Source: Paludibacteraceae bacterium (GTDB lineage Bacteria; Bacteroidota; Bacteroidia; Bacteroidales; Paludibacteraceae). From it: a DNA stretch of 64,000 nt. The notes under the pieces are model-generated. The model was given only the letters and a program-made list of their open reading frames with translations, had not been told where the DNA came from and did no database searches. Positions 27,615 to 37,053 of the stretch are shown piece by piece. Position numbers and translations under genes: made by a program. The stretch is taken from positions 13,767 through 77,766 of the forward strand of contig JALNVE010000002.1 of assembly GCA_023227695.1 (NCBI GenBank). Reading direction: 5' to 3'. Numbering within the stretch: the stretch's first letter is position 1; the number at the start of each line of letters is the position of its first letter.

Positions 27615-28223
27615 CTATTTCAAATAGACTTTCCCGTTCCTGTTTTCTAGAAAAAATCCTCTTTCCGCCTGCTGTAAAATGCTTTCGTTATGACTAAGCA
27701 TAATAATCTGCATTTCCATTTTTTCACAAAGACCGCGTAAAAACATTCCCACATTCTCCGCAATTTCGGAATCCACATGTTTATAGGCTTCGTCAAGAAA
27801 CAGAATATCCCCGATATCCTGACTTCCTTTTAAAATAAGAGCCCGAAGAGGAATACATATACTGTCCGAAATCCCCCCTCCGTGACCGCTGATATCTCTT
27901 TTTACTTCATAATCCCCGTATGTCTTTTTGACTTCTATCTCTAAACAAGAACGATTATTCTTTTCTCCGTAATTTATCAGAAAAGAATACTGGGTTCCGT
28001 ATAGCGTTCGGAGAACTTCCGTTATAACAGCTTCTATCTTTTCTTTATAGATATGACGCTTTTTTAGACTTAATTCTTCTATAGTATGGAAAAGAGTCTT
28101 CACTACATTCAGCTTTTCGGCATTCTTCGAAATGAGTTCTTCTTTTTCTTTTATCTCTTTTTGATAGATTTTGTTTGATCTTCTTCTTTCTTCAATACTT
28201 TCCACAAGTTCTTCTTTTGTCAT
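27615..28223 (-). CDS. SMC/ABC-ATPase C-terminal-half-like protein lacking a P-loop
   Basis: It has a coiled-coil N-terminus, a signature-like SGHGGGISD, Walker B ILFLDEAYKHVD and IIMLSHN. There is no GxxxxGK[ST] anywhere in the 202 aa. It ends in TAG. Confidence 0.5.
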   Translation of the reverse strand: MTKEELVESIEERRRSNKIYQKEIKEKEELISKNAEKLNVVKTLFHTIEELSLKKRHIYKEKIEAVITEVLRTLYGTQYSFLINYGEKNNRSCLEIEVKKTYGDYEVKRDISGHGGGISDSICIPLRALILKGSQDIGDILFLDEAYKHVDSEIAENVGMFLRGLCEKMEMQIIMLSHNESILQQAERGFFLENRNGKVYLK

Positions 28224-29167
28224 ATTTCACCTTTATTCAAAATTCTATAATGTTTATAGAAAACGGGTTTCCCTTTTCTAATGAAAAGGCTTTAAATACC
28301 ATTACCTAAAAAATATTTTTTATCCTTAAACAGAAACCGTGAATACCCGGCTTTCTGATCCTGATCATTCAAGTTCACTTCGTTTTCTTTCATGAATCAG
28401 GATTCTTTTTATTATTTAAAAACGATTTTGATTAAATCACACAGGGGATCAGGGACCATCAAATCGTACGAAGTACATTTGGGGAAATCCCCGTATGTGT
28501 GATATCGGTCGGTGAGTTTGAGGGAATGAAAGAACAGATTTTCCCCCTTTACAAGGAAGAATAAGTATTATCTGTTTCATTCATTCATTCTATTTACAGG
28601 ATTCTATATTCACAGTGTTAAGTAAATATAGAATCCTGATGTGCTAATCGTATAGGTTGAGAATCGGTATACGCTTTCGCAGACTGAGAATGGAATCTAA
28701 CCATATCTCTGTATGCCCCTCGTGCAGCGGGTGTCCCCCACAAACCTACACTAGTCTATTAGGCAGACTAGGCATACCTTCTCCATATCCACACAGATTT
28801 TGTTAATCACTGTCGCTGGTCAGAATACCGTTACGGGTAAAAGTCCTATAAATTCACGGGTTTGTGTTCCACCATAAATCCATAGATTATAGAGTTCATT
28901 AAGCCAACCGGGTTATCCCTTTTGGCTCCGCTCCTTCACGCGAAGGCCGTGTTCCAAGTATCTTCACCTTATTATAGGGTCTTGTCCGTGTCTTACATCT
29001 TTCTGTTTTCAACAGTGTAGATACGGTCTTGAATTATGATACGGAAATTCTTTAATGCTTCCTTGGCGTTACGCCCCCGAAACTTATTATCAAGGCTGTC
29101 GGGAATCCTTTTCATCACTTTATTTTAAGACCACTTTATTTTACAAGGTTTTATCCGTTACAGAATA
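28224..29167. ncRNA. ORF-free, GC-enriched, hairpin-dense region: candidate large structured RNA (class and strand unassigned)
   Basis: The track shows no ORF of 60 aa or more on either strand across 944 nt, and stops are frequent in all frames I translated. My hand GC counts are 32/60 (28681-28740) and 30/60 (28921-28980), against 22/60 and 24/60 in nearby coding lines. There are many stable hairpins, including a 13-bp perfect stem at 28597-28638 and a nested 11+10-bp hairpin at 28438-28501. Confidence 0.35.
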
Positions 29168-32014
29168 TCACTTGATTGTTTTCCAATAGAAATCGTGTTC
29201 TGTTTTTTTATAGTCATCTGTCAAAAAGCGTATTTTTATCTTTGAGACTAAAGAATCTGAAAGGGAAGGGAAATATGCGAAGAAGACTTTGGTTTTCACG
29301 TTTTCTTCAAGAGAAGTCTTTTCCGAATACAAAATCATTCCTTTCGGAAGTCTGTTTATATCGGTAATAGAAAAGGAAGACATTGTCAAAGGAACAGAAT
29401 CTGATGTCAGGGAAAAAGTAAAAGGTCTTAACATCCTTGTGGAAATGAAATCACCGAGTTTTAATCCGGAAATATTCGTATAGCTGTGAAAGAAAAAGAT
29501 GTTTGTTCCTGAAACCGCTGTAAAAACATATCCGTTGGTAGAAGAAAGACCGGAAATGTCGGTAGTCAATTCAGAATCTTTCTTTATATAGATATTTGAA
29601 ATTGAACAAGACGTAAAAACGTTTGAATTTTCTGAAAACCCCGAAAAGAAATAAGGAGGTTTCATATCTTCTTCCAAATCATATCTTATGGAAAGAGAAG
29701 CATTGGAATTTCCTCTGTTCGAAATCACGATATTGTCGATACCGAAACTTTCAGGAGATTGCATGAAAAGTCTTTTCCCTCCAGAAGAAAATGTCTCTGA
29801 ATATGAATTATAAACCCTGGTTGTAGGAGAAGATTTGTTTCCCGACTTAAAAAAGTAGGAAAAGTTTAGACACGGAGGAATATTCGTAATGACGGCTTCA
29901 TTTTCCGCACTCCAGTGTATGTCATTCAATTTGTGTTCCGTATACATATTCAAATTAGATTCACAGATGAATAAACTAATATCAGACTGTTGGGAAAAGG
30001 GTTCACGATAGAGATAAAGATTATAAGGGGGAGGATGATGCATGTTTGTTCTGCAAAAGGTATAAACATTATCATTGGTTGTGTTGATAACCCATCCATA
30101 AAAATCAGTAGAAACCCCACTGGGGGAGGTCAGCCTTCCTCTATAATGATAATTCCCATTGGTATCAGATGAAGAATATCGATTAGAATCTTTTTCCAAT
30201 TGAATGATGCTTGATTCTTTGAATTTGAATGCTTCTGCTGTTTTGACCAAACCGAGAGGATATGATTTAAAGGAAAGTCCGTTTGAAACACTAATTTCAT
30301 CTGGATAAGGATGAAGGGTTGATTGACCAGGAAACAGAACAGAAGCAGGATCTCCGAAAAGGGCATTGGAATAGAATATAAAATGAAGATATCCAAGTTG
30401 AAGAGAAAAATATCCAACCATCCTCTCTTTTGAATCAGTATATACGTCTCCCAGGAGATGGCTGGTTTCTCTTAGCATATCATCAAAAAACAGGCGCATA
30501 AGGAAAACGCTATAATACGGATTGTTGTTGCTATACCACCCGTCCCTTTGGTTGACGACGGCGGCCCATATTCCGTTGCTAGAAGAAAGCATCGCTTCTG
30601 TCCAGCATTTTAATCCGGTCGTTTCAGCCTTGTCAAAACCACCTATAGAACAGGCAACGCTATAAAAAAGAAAAGTAACGGAATTTGTGATTTCTTCCGG
30701 AATGAAATTATAATTATCTATACCATAACAGGATCTATCAGCACCGTGTCCGATATGAGTTATGAGAGAATATCCTGAATTAAAATGTTTTTTGCCGGTA
30801 TTTTGATCAACGATATTGGTAAAAAATGTGTCATAACTTATTTTATTCCCGAACCTATTGGTAACACCCATCGAATTGAAAGTTAATGTCTGATTAGGAA
30901 ACAGGAAAAGAATATTGTTAGAGCTGCTTATTCCCTTTTGAATTTCTTCCCCGCAAAACATAAATTTCTCATCTTTTAGGCTTTCTTCCCTTTGAATTGT
31001 TTTTCTTATCATATTCTCAGCGTCTTGTTTTTCCCATGCGGGGAGTCTCCCGATTTTAATTTCAGAGTAACAATCTATAAAATTGCCGTTTTCTCCGTCA
31101 TTCTCTTCTCCGTAAATCCCGTTTTGGTTATTGTCAAAATCTCCATCTAGGTTTCCGTAATATCCTTGGTCTTGAGGCATATAAAGCGTTCCTATAAAAC
31201 CGGAATAGAGAAACATCCTGACTGGCACTTGTTTTGTTCCTCCGAGGATAAGAAGATACCGAGTTCCCCAATTTAAATAAGCGTCTTTGCAGAATTCTCG
31301 GATTTTCATTTGACCGTCAGTCCCAATATAATTATTATATATCCAGTCCACAGTAACGAGGTTTGTGGAAAACCCTTTTGAATGGCGATATTCTAATAAA
31401 GATTGAGGGCTGTATTCTGAATCGGCATATACCAGGCTTGATGTCGTTAGGATAACGTATTCATGGTTACCTCTTTCAAGCATCGAAACAGGAGGAGAAA
31501 TTGACTTTGAAACAGGACTAGAAAACGTTTTTATCGTAAACCTAACTGAATCGAAATGAATATATTCAAGTTTTGAACGAGAATAAGAACACGGGGAAAA
31601 CTTAAAAAGGAGATAATTAGTACCGTTTTTCCTTTGTTCTGTCCAGAAAACGGGTTTTTGAACAGGATATTCTGCATCAAAGATACCGTTAGTAAAAGAA
31701 GACGTTCCTGTCCTGAAATCATTATACGGGATTTCAGCCGTTTCTATCAAACCAGAGAGTTTGTATTTATGACTGGTTAAAACTTCAAAATCTATAGAGT
31801 CAACCATTTCTTCTGATTTCAACACCTCTCGGAAAACGATAGTCGGCAAAATCGGCAATCCAGGTTCAGGGATATTGATACAGTTTTTGACATTGACTGA
31901 AACCGTATCCCCGAATGTTTTAAAATCCGGCGGTTGAAATTTTTCTTCCCAATTTTTTTCTAAAGCAGAAGAAAAAAGAGGCAAAAAAAACAGAAGACTA
32001 ATAAGAATATTCAA
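29168..32014 (-). CDS. secreted protein with peptidase C25 (gingipain)-like domain
   Basis: It has a signal peptide (MNILISLLFFLPLFSSA). The C25-like pattern is YVILTTSSL...RYLLILGGTKQVPV...LITHIGHGADRS (candidate catalytic His)...FLFYSVACSIGGFD (candidate catalytic Cys). The ~400-aa C-terminal region is unassigned. Confidence 0.6.
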   Translation of the reverse strand: MNILISLLFFLPLFSSALEKNWEEKFQPPDFKTFGDTVSVNVKNCINIPEPGLPILPTIVFREVLKSEEMVDSIDFEVLTSHKYKLSGLIETAEIPYNDFRTGTSSFTNGIFDAEYPVQKPVFWTEQRKNGTNYLLFKFSPCSYSRSKLEYIHFDSVRFTIKTFSSPVSKSISPPVSMLERGNHEYVILTTSSLVYADSEYSPQSLLEYRHSKGFSTNLVTVDWIYNNYIGTDGQMKIREFCKDAYLNWGTRYLLILGGTKQVPVRMFLYSGFIGTLYMPQDQGYYGNLDGDFDNNQNGIYGEENDGENGNFIDCYSEIKIGRLPAWEKQDAENMIRKTIQREESLKDEKFMFCGEEIQKGISSSNNILFLFPNQTLTFNSMGVTNRFGNKISYDTFFTNIVDQNTGKKHFNSGYSLITHIGHGADRSCYGIDNYNFIPEEITNSVTFLFYSVACSIGGFDKAETTGLKCWTEAMLSSSNGIWAAVVNQRDGWYSNNNPYYSVFLMRLFFDDMLRETSHLLGDVYTDSKERMVGYFSLQLGYLHFIFYSNALFGDPASVLFPGQSTLHPYPDEISVSNGLSFKSYPLGLVKTAEAFKFKESSIIQLEKDSNRYSSSDTNGNYHYRGRLTSPSGVSTDFYGWVINTTNDNVYTFCRTNMHHPPPYNLYLYREPFSQQSDISLFICESNLNMYTEHKLNDIHWSAENEAVITNIPPCLNFSYFFKSGNKSSPTTRVYNSYSETFSSGGKRLFMQSPESFGIDNIVISNRGNSNASLSIRYDLEEDMKPPYFFSGFSENSNVFTSCSISNIYIKKDSELTTDISGLSSTNGYVFTAVSGTNIFFFHSYTNISGLKLGDFISTRMLRPFTFSLTSDSVPLTMSSFSITDINRLPKGMILYSEKTSLEENVKTKVFFAYFPSLSDSLVSKIKIRFLTDDYKKTEHDFYWKTIK

Positions 32015-32765
32015 GCCAACCTCTCCAGTTTTGTCCGTCTAAAGATTCGAATCCCAGAACATAGGTAGTTCCTTGACTGTCTAATTCTGGGATTTCACCA
32101 TATACCCAAGTGATATTCGGAAAAAAGGTGACGGTTCCGCTTCCTTTTATCAGATGGAGATGGAAACTTGAAAATTTCCCTTCAACGGTTTCGGGGATTT
32201 CAAATGAAACATTATGATTCATATTTGAGACGCAATAGACAGCATTGGAAGAAAGGATAATTTTATTCGTGTATAAGACGTTCGGCAAAACATATTGATA
32301 GCTGTTGGTCGTAGAAACGGCTCCGATCAATTCTGAAGTGACGAAATGAGCATTCGTTTCAGAAACGTGACGGGAAAAAGAAGAATTGATTTCAGAAACC
32401 GCTTGTTCAAAAGTTTGATCGTCGATGAATTTACAGATGATGTTCGTCTGTACAATCGGGATTCCTTCTATTATAACCGTTTCTGTTCCGAAAAGAGTCA
32501 AATTGGTTGTAGAAAATCTCGTGTCTATCCTTAAAAAGAGATTAGTCAGATTGTCTGTAAGAACCTGTGAATAACCTCTATCCATATAAGAAACGAACCC
32601 TCCGTTAAGCATTTCTTGTAGGTTTGATCTGCTTTCCAAGCTTAATATTCTAGAATTGAAACTATTAATAGCCAAGACGACATCTAATGTTTCTGATTTT
32701 GAATGGAACGGGGAAAAGGAAAGGATTACGAAAAAGATAAGTGATTTTAGCGTGGATTGATTCAT
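31998..32765 (-). CDS. secreted hypothetical protein
   Basis: I moved the start to ATG 32765 (RBS GAGGT), which gives MNQSTLKSLIFFVILSFSPFHS, a signal-like N-terminus. It ends in TAG and overlaps the start of the C25-like gene. Confidence 0.5.
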   Translation of the reverse strand: MNQSTLKSLIFFVILSFSPFHSKSETLDVVLAINSFNSRILSLESRSNLQEMLNGGFVSYMDRGYSQVLTDNLTNLFLRIDTRFSTTNLTLFGTETVIIEGIPIVQTNIICKFIDDQTFEQAVSEINSSFSRHVSETNAHFVTSELIGAVSTTNSYQYVLPNVLYTNKIILSSNAVYCVSNMNHNVSFEIPETVEGKFSSFHLHLIKGSGTVTFFPNITWVYGEIPELDSQGTTYVLGFESLDGQNWRGWLEYSY

Positions 32766-32817
32766 TTTTTTTACCTCAGATATGTAGATTCTATCAAAAA
32801 AAGACAACTTTACTATA

Positions 32818-32846
32818 TTGACAAATGTGACAAGAAAAGGTATATT
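32818..32846 (+). promoter_or_regulatory. sigma-70-type promoter (TTGACA-17-TATATT)
   Basis: The -35 is at 32818-32823 and the -10 at 32841-32846, with a 17-nt spacer. It lies 31 nt before ATG 32877, at the strand switch. Confidence 0.6.
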
Positions 32847-32876
32847 GTTTATTGATTATTTTGAAAGGGGAAAAAG

Positions 32877-33932
32877 ATGACTTATTATGATGCTCTACTA
32901 AACTGTTTTTTCAAGGGGATTACCGGAAGCCGGGCTTATGGCACGAATTTACCGACCAGTGATACGGACTACCGTGGAGTGTTTATCCTTCCGACATCTG
33001 AGAGGATCGGATTGTTTGATCTCCCGAATGAAACCGTAAATCCAGAAGAGAAAGATGACAAACTGTATGAGTTGAAAAAGTTTTTCGATCTTGCGATTAA
33101 AGCAACTCCGAATATCATCGAACTTCTGTGGTTGCCTCCTGATTGTATTATCAAGACCTCTAATGAATGGGAGAACATCCTAGCCAATCGCAACATGTTT
33201 ATTACAAAGAAGGCGGTGTTCACCCATAGCTGTTATGCCATTTCCCAATTGAAAAAGGCAAGAGGTCAGAATAAACTTATCAACAACCCGATGCCTGTAG
33301 AGAAGCCGTCCCGTTTGGATTTCTGCTGGGTTTCCGTCAAAGAAGGCAGCAAGACAGTTACAATTCCGATTTCTGAAACAGACATTGATCTTTCAACGTG
33401 TAGGGCGACGGCGATTCCACATCTTACTAACTGCTACAACATCTTTCCAAACGGGAAAGGAGTCTTCAAAGGGGATATGTTGGTTTTTGAGAGCGTTCCC
33501 AAGAAAGAAGAGGACACCTGTTTGGGAATGTTGACCTATCAGGAAGACGGGTTTAAGTCAGCTTTGACCAAGTGGAAGGAATATTGGGATTGGATGAAGA
33601 ACAGAAATCCTGATAGGTGGAAAAATCAAGAAAAAGGTCTTGATTTTGACGAAAAGAATATTTTACATTTGATCAGAATCCTGATGTCTGCAAAGAACAT
33701 CGTGGATAACCGTGAACCGATTGTCAGATTTCAAGGCAAGGATTTGGAATTCCTTCGAAAGATAAGAGAGGGATATTTCACTTATGAAGAATTGATGGAT
33801 GTCGCGAATCCTCTTTCTGATTATATCGAAGGGAAGATGAACGGTGTAATTGACCTTCCGGATTCATGCAATATGAAGAAGGTAAACCGTCTTTTCATGG
33901 ACACAATCACTTCGTGGGAAAGGAACAAGTAA
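32877..33932 (+). CDS. Pol-beta-superfamily nucleotidyltransferase, RlaP (RNA-repair-associated) type
   Basis: GSRAYGTNLPTSDTDYRGVFILP...DDKLYELKKFFDLAIKATPNIIELLW matches the PF10127/RlaP-like N-terminal pattern. Confidence 0.65.
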   Translation: MTYYDALLNCFFKGITGSRAYGTNLPTSDTDYRGVFILPTSERIGLFDLPNETVNPEEKDDKLYELKKFFDLAIKATPNIIELLWLPPDCIIKTSNEWENILANRNMFITKKAVFTHSCYAISQLKKARGQNKLINNPMPVEKPSRLDFCWVSVKEGSKTVTIPISETDIDLSTCRATAIPHLTNCYNIFPNGKGVFKGDMLVFESVPKKEEDTCLGMLTYQEDGFKSALTKWKEYWDWMKNRNPDRWKNQEKGLDFDEKNILHLIRILMSAKNIVDNREPIVRFQGKDLEFLRKIREGYFTYEELMDVANPLSDYIEGKMNGVIDLPDSCNMKKVNRLFMDTITSWERNK

Positions 33933-33933
33933 A

Positions 33934-35328
33934 ATGAGCATCGGATTAACAACGGCGATGGCTACGGGAGGCATTGGTGCCGCCTTAGCGACTGCCTTTT
34001 CACAAGTAAGAAATGTCATTAATTCCTTTCGGTCTGTTTTCATATGTGTGACCACCTATGAAGATTTAAGCGATATGGCGTTTTTTGAATGGATCAAAAG
34101 CAAAAGGGTTTACTGTTTCGGAGACAGCACATATTTCTTAGAAGAAAGGCATGAAACATCCAAAATCAGATTCGGCTTGCTAAAATCCCGGTTTAGGAAC
34201 AAAATCTGTATCGGTTTTTTCCCGTTTCCGGTTATCATAAAATATGATAACACATCACGGCAAGCACAGATGATTTATGTCAGGTTCACCCTAAATGCTG
34301 TGGAAATAGGAAAAGAACTTTTTGATATAGACATAAGATGTAATTTGGGACAAATAGAAGAAAATAGAAAAGCAAAAGAAAACATACATAGGAAAGAATA
34401 TTCGAACATCGTTTTTGTCAACGGTTCACTTGGAAATTCTTCATCTAAAAACGAAGGGACTGTAGATCGGCCTAGGACAGATCCATCATCAGATTCTCCT
34501 TCTGGTGAAGGAAAGATTGCAAATGGTGGAAAAGGCGGCGTAAACTTCACGAAGCATACAGACCGTAAGTATTCAGAAACACTCAAAGGCTTTGAATATC
34601 AACTGAAGCAGAAGACTCCTTTTGATATGTTCTATTATGGCGAAGACTTTCTTCCCGTCATTAAAGAAGTTGAAACTTGGATGAATATGCGGAGTTGGTA
34701 TAAGGGTATGGATATCCCTTGGAAAAGGGGAATGTGCCTTTATGGACCCCCAGGCACGGGGAAAACAAGTCTTATCCGTAATATAGCGAAGACGCTCGGA
34801 ATGGACATTTATGTCTTTAACCTTGCTTCTTTTAGGGATTCTGAGTTTTTGGATTCCGTTTTGCGCTATGGGAGAAGCGGAGGAGTGTCTGACTATAATC
34901 CTTCCTTTTTTCTGTTTGAAGATATTGATGTCGTTTTTAACGGACGGGAAACAACAAGTAAAAACACGATGCAGAACCCTTTAACCTTTTCTACTTTCAT
35001 CAACGCGATTGACGGTATCTGTGAAATTAACGGAGTCTTTTTTGCTGTAACGACGAACAACCTTTCCAAAATAGATCCTGCTCTTTTAAGGCCGGGGAGG
35101 ATAGACGGATGTTATGAAGTGAAGCCTTTTGGAAGGGAAGGGCAGACAGTTCTCGCGGAAAAAATCCTTTCCGAATGGCCGGAAGAAATCATAAATGTCG
35201 TTACGGATTCCTTTGTAACGGGGGCTGAATTTAAAAACAAGTGTTTAAAAATCGCCCTAATGAAAAAGTGGAAAACGGAAAACCAGAAGCTATTGAATCA
35301 TAAAAAATCGGTGGATTTGACAACATAA
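33934..35328 (+). CDS. AAA+ ATPase, Bcs1-like
   Basis: WKRGMCLYGPPGTGKTS (Walker A), FFLFEDIDVVF (Walker B) and TTNNLSKIDPALLRPGRID (sensor/Arg finger region). The long N-terminal domain resembles Bcs1-type ATPases. Confidence 0.75.
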   Translation: MSIGLTTAMATGGIGAALATAFSQVRNVINSFRSVFICVTTYEDLSDMAFFEWIKSKRVYCFGDSTYFLEERHETSKIRFGLLKSRFRNKICIGFFPFPVIIKYDNTSRQAQMIYVRFTLNAVEIGKELFDIDIRCNLGQIEENRKAKENIHRKEYSNIVFVNGSLGNSSSKNEGTVDRPRTDPSSDSPSGEGKIANGGKGGVNFTKHTDRKYSETLKGFEYQLKQKTPFDMFYYGEDFLPVIKEVETWMNMRSWYKGMDIPWKRGMCLYGPPGTGKTSLIRNIAKTLGMDIYVFNLASFRDSEFLDSVLRYGRSGGVSDYNPSFFLFEDIDVVFNGRETTSKNTMQNPLTFSTFINAIDGICEINGVFFAVTTNNLSKIDPALLRPGRIDGCYEVKPFGREGQTVLAEKILSEWPEEIINVVTDSFVTGAEFKNKCLKIALMKKWKTENQKLLNHKKSVDLTT

Positions 35329-35345
35329 CATTAATATGGTATCTT
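35317..35345 (+). promoter_or_regulatory. sigma-70-type promoter (TTGACA-17-TATCTT)
   Basis: The -35 is at 35317-35322 and the -10 at 35340-35345. It overlaps the 3' end of the AAA+ gene and lies 32 nt before ATG 35377. Confidence 0.55.
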
Positions 35346-35376
35346 GTCTTTGTCTTTCAGAGAAAAGGAGATAAAG

Positions 35377-36978
35377 ATGAAATCCACATTTTTTAATCAA
35401 ACGATGGAAACGATTGTAAAATCGTTGTTCCTGAACAACCAAATATTTGTTTTTTGGGAAAAAGAAGGTACTGTTCCTTATGCTAATATAGGGAAAAAGG
35501 AAATTCACATTCCTGTCATTTGTTGTTCGGAGGATTTAGATGAAAGTACAAAAGAAGATATTCGGGCCAATTTCTTCCATGAATTGGGTCACATCCTTTA
35601 CAGTTCTGATATAAAGGAAAAAAGTTTTATTTTCAAGATTTGGAATGCAATTGAAGACCTGTGGATTGAAGACAAAATCAGCAAAAAATATATCGGAATC
35701 GGAATCAGTATAAATAATTCAAACAGGAATATCTTCTGTCAAATTTCTGAAAAGAAAAAAGGAAAAGAAAACAGCGGATTTGTTGAAGCTCTTTTATACC
35801 TAATGTTTTCTGAAATCAAATTTGTTCCAAAATGGGATATTGATGAAAATACGATTGATATGATTGAATCCGCCTATCCCATTTTTTCAAAATGGAAAGA
35901 ATCTCTATCTTCCGAAGACAATTTATATCTTGCCAAACAGATTTTTGAACTCTGGAAAGATAAAATCAAAGAAGAAGACGCCAAATCCGGAAATAAAATT
36001 GCTAATGAAGGATTTTCATTCGCATTAACAGAGGATGGAAAGGAAGAAGAATCCCCTATCGGTAAGGAACGAAATTCAAATATTTCAACCAAGATTGCTG
36101 AATTTGCTTCTTCTGGAACAATCTATACTTCTTATAAGACGGAAGATTCTTTCATCAAAATGAAATGTCTGGATTCTTACAAAAGCAAATTTAAAGAATA
36201 CAAGGAAAAACTAGGAAGACCTTTGCTGTCATTGATATGTTCTATCCAAGAAAAGATGGAAGCATTTATTCTTAATGATAGCATTGACGGAATGGAAGAA
36301 GGAAAAATCAACCGTAAAATGCTCCCTCAGATTGCTTTCGGACTCCGTAAAGATGTTTTCACTGTAGATGCCGAAGGAATCGATTTAAATACTGCCGTTT
36401 CTATTTGCGTAGATCAAAGCTATTCAATGAACAGAATTGACACACAGGTAAAGAATACTCTCATCGTTTTGGGAGAAACCCTTAACAAGATTGAAATCCC
36501 GTTTGAAATATTTTCTTCTTCAACGAAGTCTCCGAAGAATAAAAACGATGCCTTTACAAGATGGAGAAGCATGGTGTTCTGTATTTACAAGGATTTTGAT
36601 GATAATTGGAATTCTGTTTGCCATTCTGTCATGGGTTTTAAGGGCCTTGAAAATCATATTGATGGAGAATCGATTTCTTATTCCGTTTCTAATTTGAGGA
36701 AACGCAAAGAAAAACGCAAAATCATCTTTATCATTACCGATGGAGAATCCTTTAGCGGTCAAGACCAAAATTCAAACGCAGAAATAACGAAAAATCTTTC
36801 TACCGTCATTATGAACGCAAGAAAAGAAGGAATTGAAGTCTATGCCATTGCGATTGACTGCGGGGATACTCTGTCAAACCATTATGGAAAAGAGAATGTT
36901 TCAATAATCGATTCCAAAAATTCTCTGAATTTTTCAAAGACTATTCTTACGGATATCTGTAAAATCATAACAAAGTGA
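35377..36978 (+). CDS. vWA-domain protein with N-terminal HExxH motif (CobT-like)
   Basis: FFHELGHILYS is followed by a C-terminal MIDAS motif ICVDQSYSM and IIFIITDGES. I moved the start to ATG 35377 behind RBS AAAAGGAG; the track start is a TTG inside the promoter -10. Confidence 0.65.
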   Translation: MKSTFFNQTMETIVKSLFLNNQIFVFWEKEGTVPYANIGKKEIHIPVICCSEDLDESTKEDIRANFFHELGHILYSSDIKEKSFIFKIWNAIEDLWIEDKISKKYIGIGISINNSNRNIFCQISEKKKGKENSGFVEALLYLMFSEIKFVPKWDIDENTIDMIESAYPIFSKWKESLSSEDNLYLAKQIFELWKDKIKEEDAKSGNKIANEGFSFALTEDGKEEESPIGKERNSNISTKIAEFASSGTIYTSYKTEDSFIKMKCLDSYKSKFKEYKEKLGRPLLSLICSIQEKMEAFILNDSIDGMEEGKINRKMLPQIAFGLRKDVFTVDAEGIDLNTAVSICVDQSYSMNRIDTQVKNTLIVLGETLNKIEIPFEIFSSSTKSPKNKNDAFTRWRSMVFCIYKDFDDNWNSVCHSVMGFKGLENHIDGESISYSVSNLRKRKEKRKIIFIITDGESFSGQDQNSNAEITKNLSTVIMNARKEGIEVYAIAIDCGDTLSNHYGKENVSIIDSKNSLNFSKTILTDICKIITK

Positions 36979-36998
36979 AAAGAACTTTCCCTTCATCG

Positions 36999-37027
36999 TT
37001 GACATTCCAGAAGGTTCGTGATATTCT
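36999..37027 (+). promoter_or_regulatory. sigma-70-type promoter (TTGACA-17-TATTCT)
   Basis: The -35 is at 36999-37004 and the -10 at 37022-37027. It lies 27 nt before ATG 37054. Confidence 0.55.
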
Positions 37028-37053
37028 TACAAAAGAAAAAAGAAAAGGAGTTT

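Noticed and set aside
28224-29167. RNase P RNA, tmRNA, a group II intron, or a decayed N-terminal half of the adjacent ATPase
   Set aside because: acagaaaccgtgaatacccggcttt only loosely recalls the RNase P ACAGAACCCGGCUUA element, and the GAGGAAAGUCC element is absent. There is no tRNA-like 3' end or tag ORF as in tmRNA. I found no GNRA-capped domain V-like hairpin with an AGC triad. All frames are full of TAA and TGA stops, so it does not look like a frameshifted gene. The class remains unassigned.
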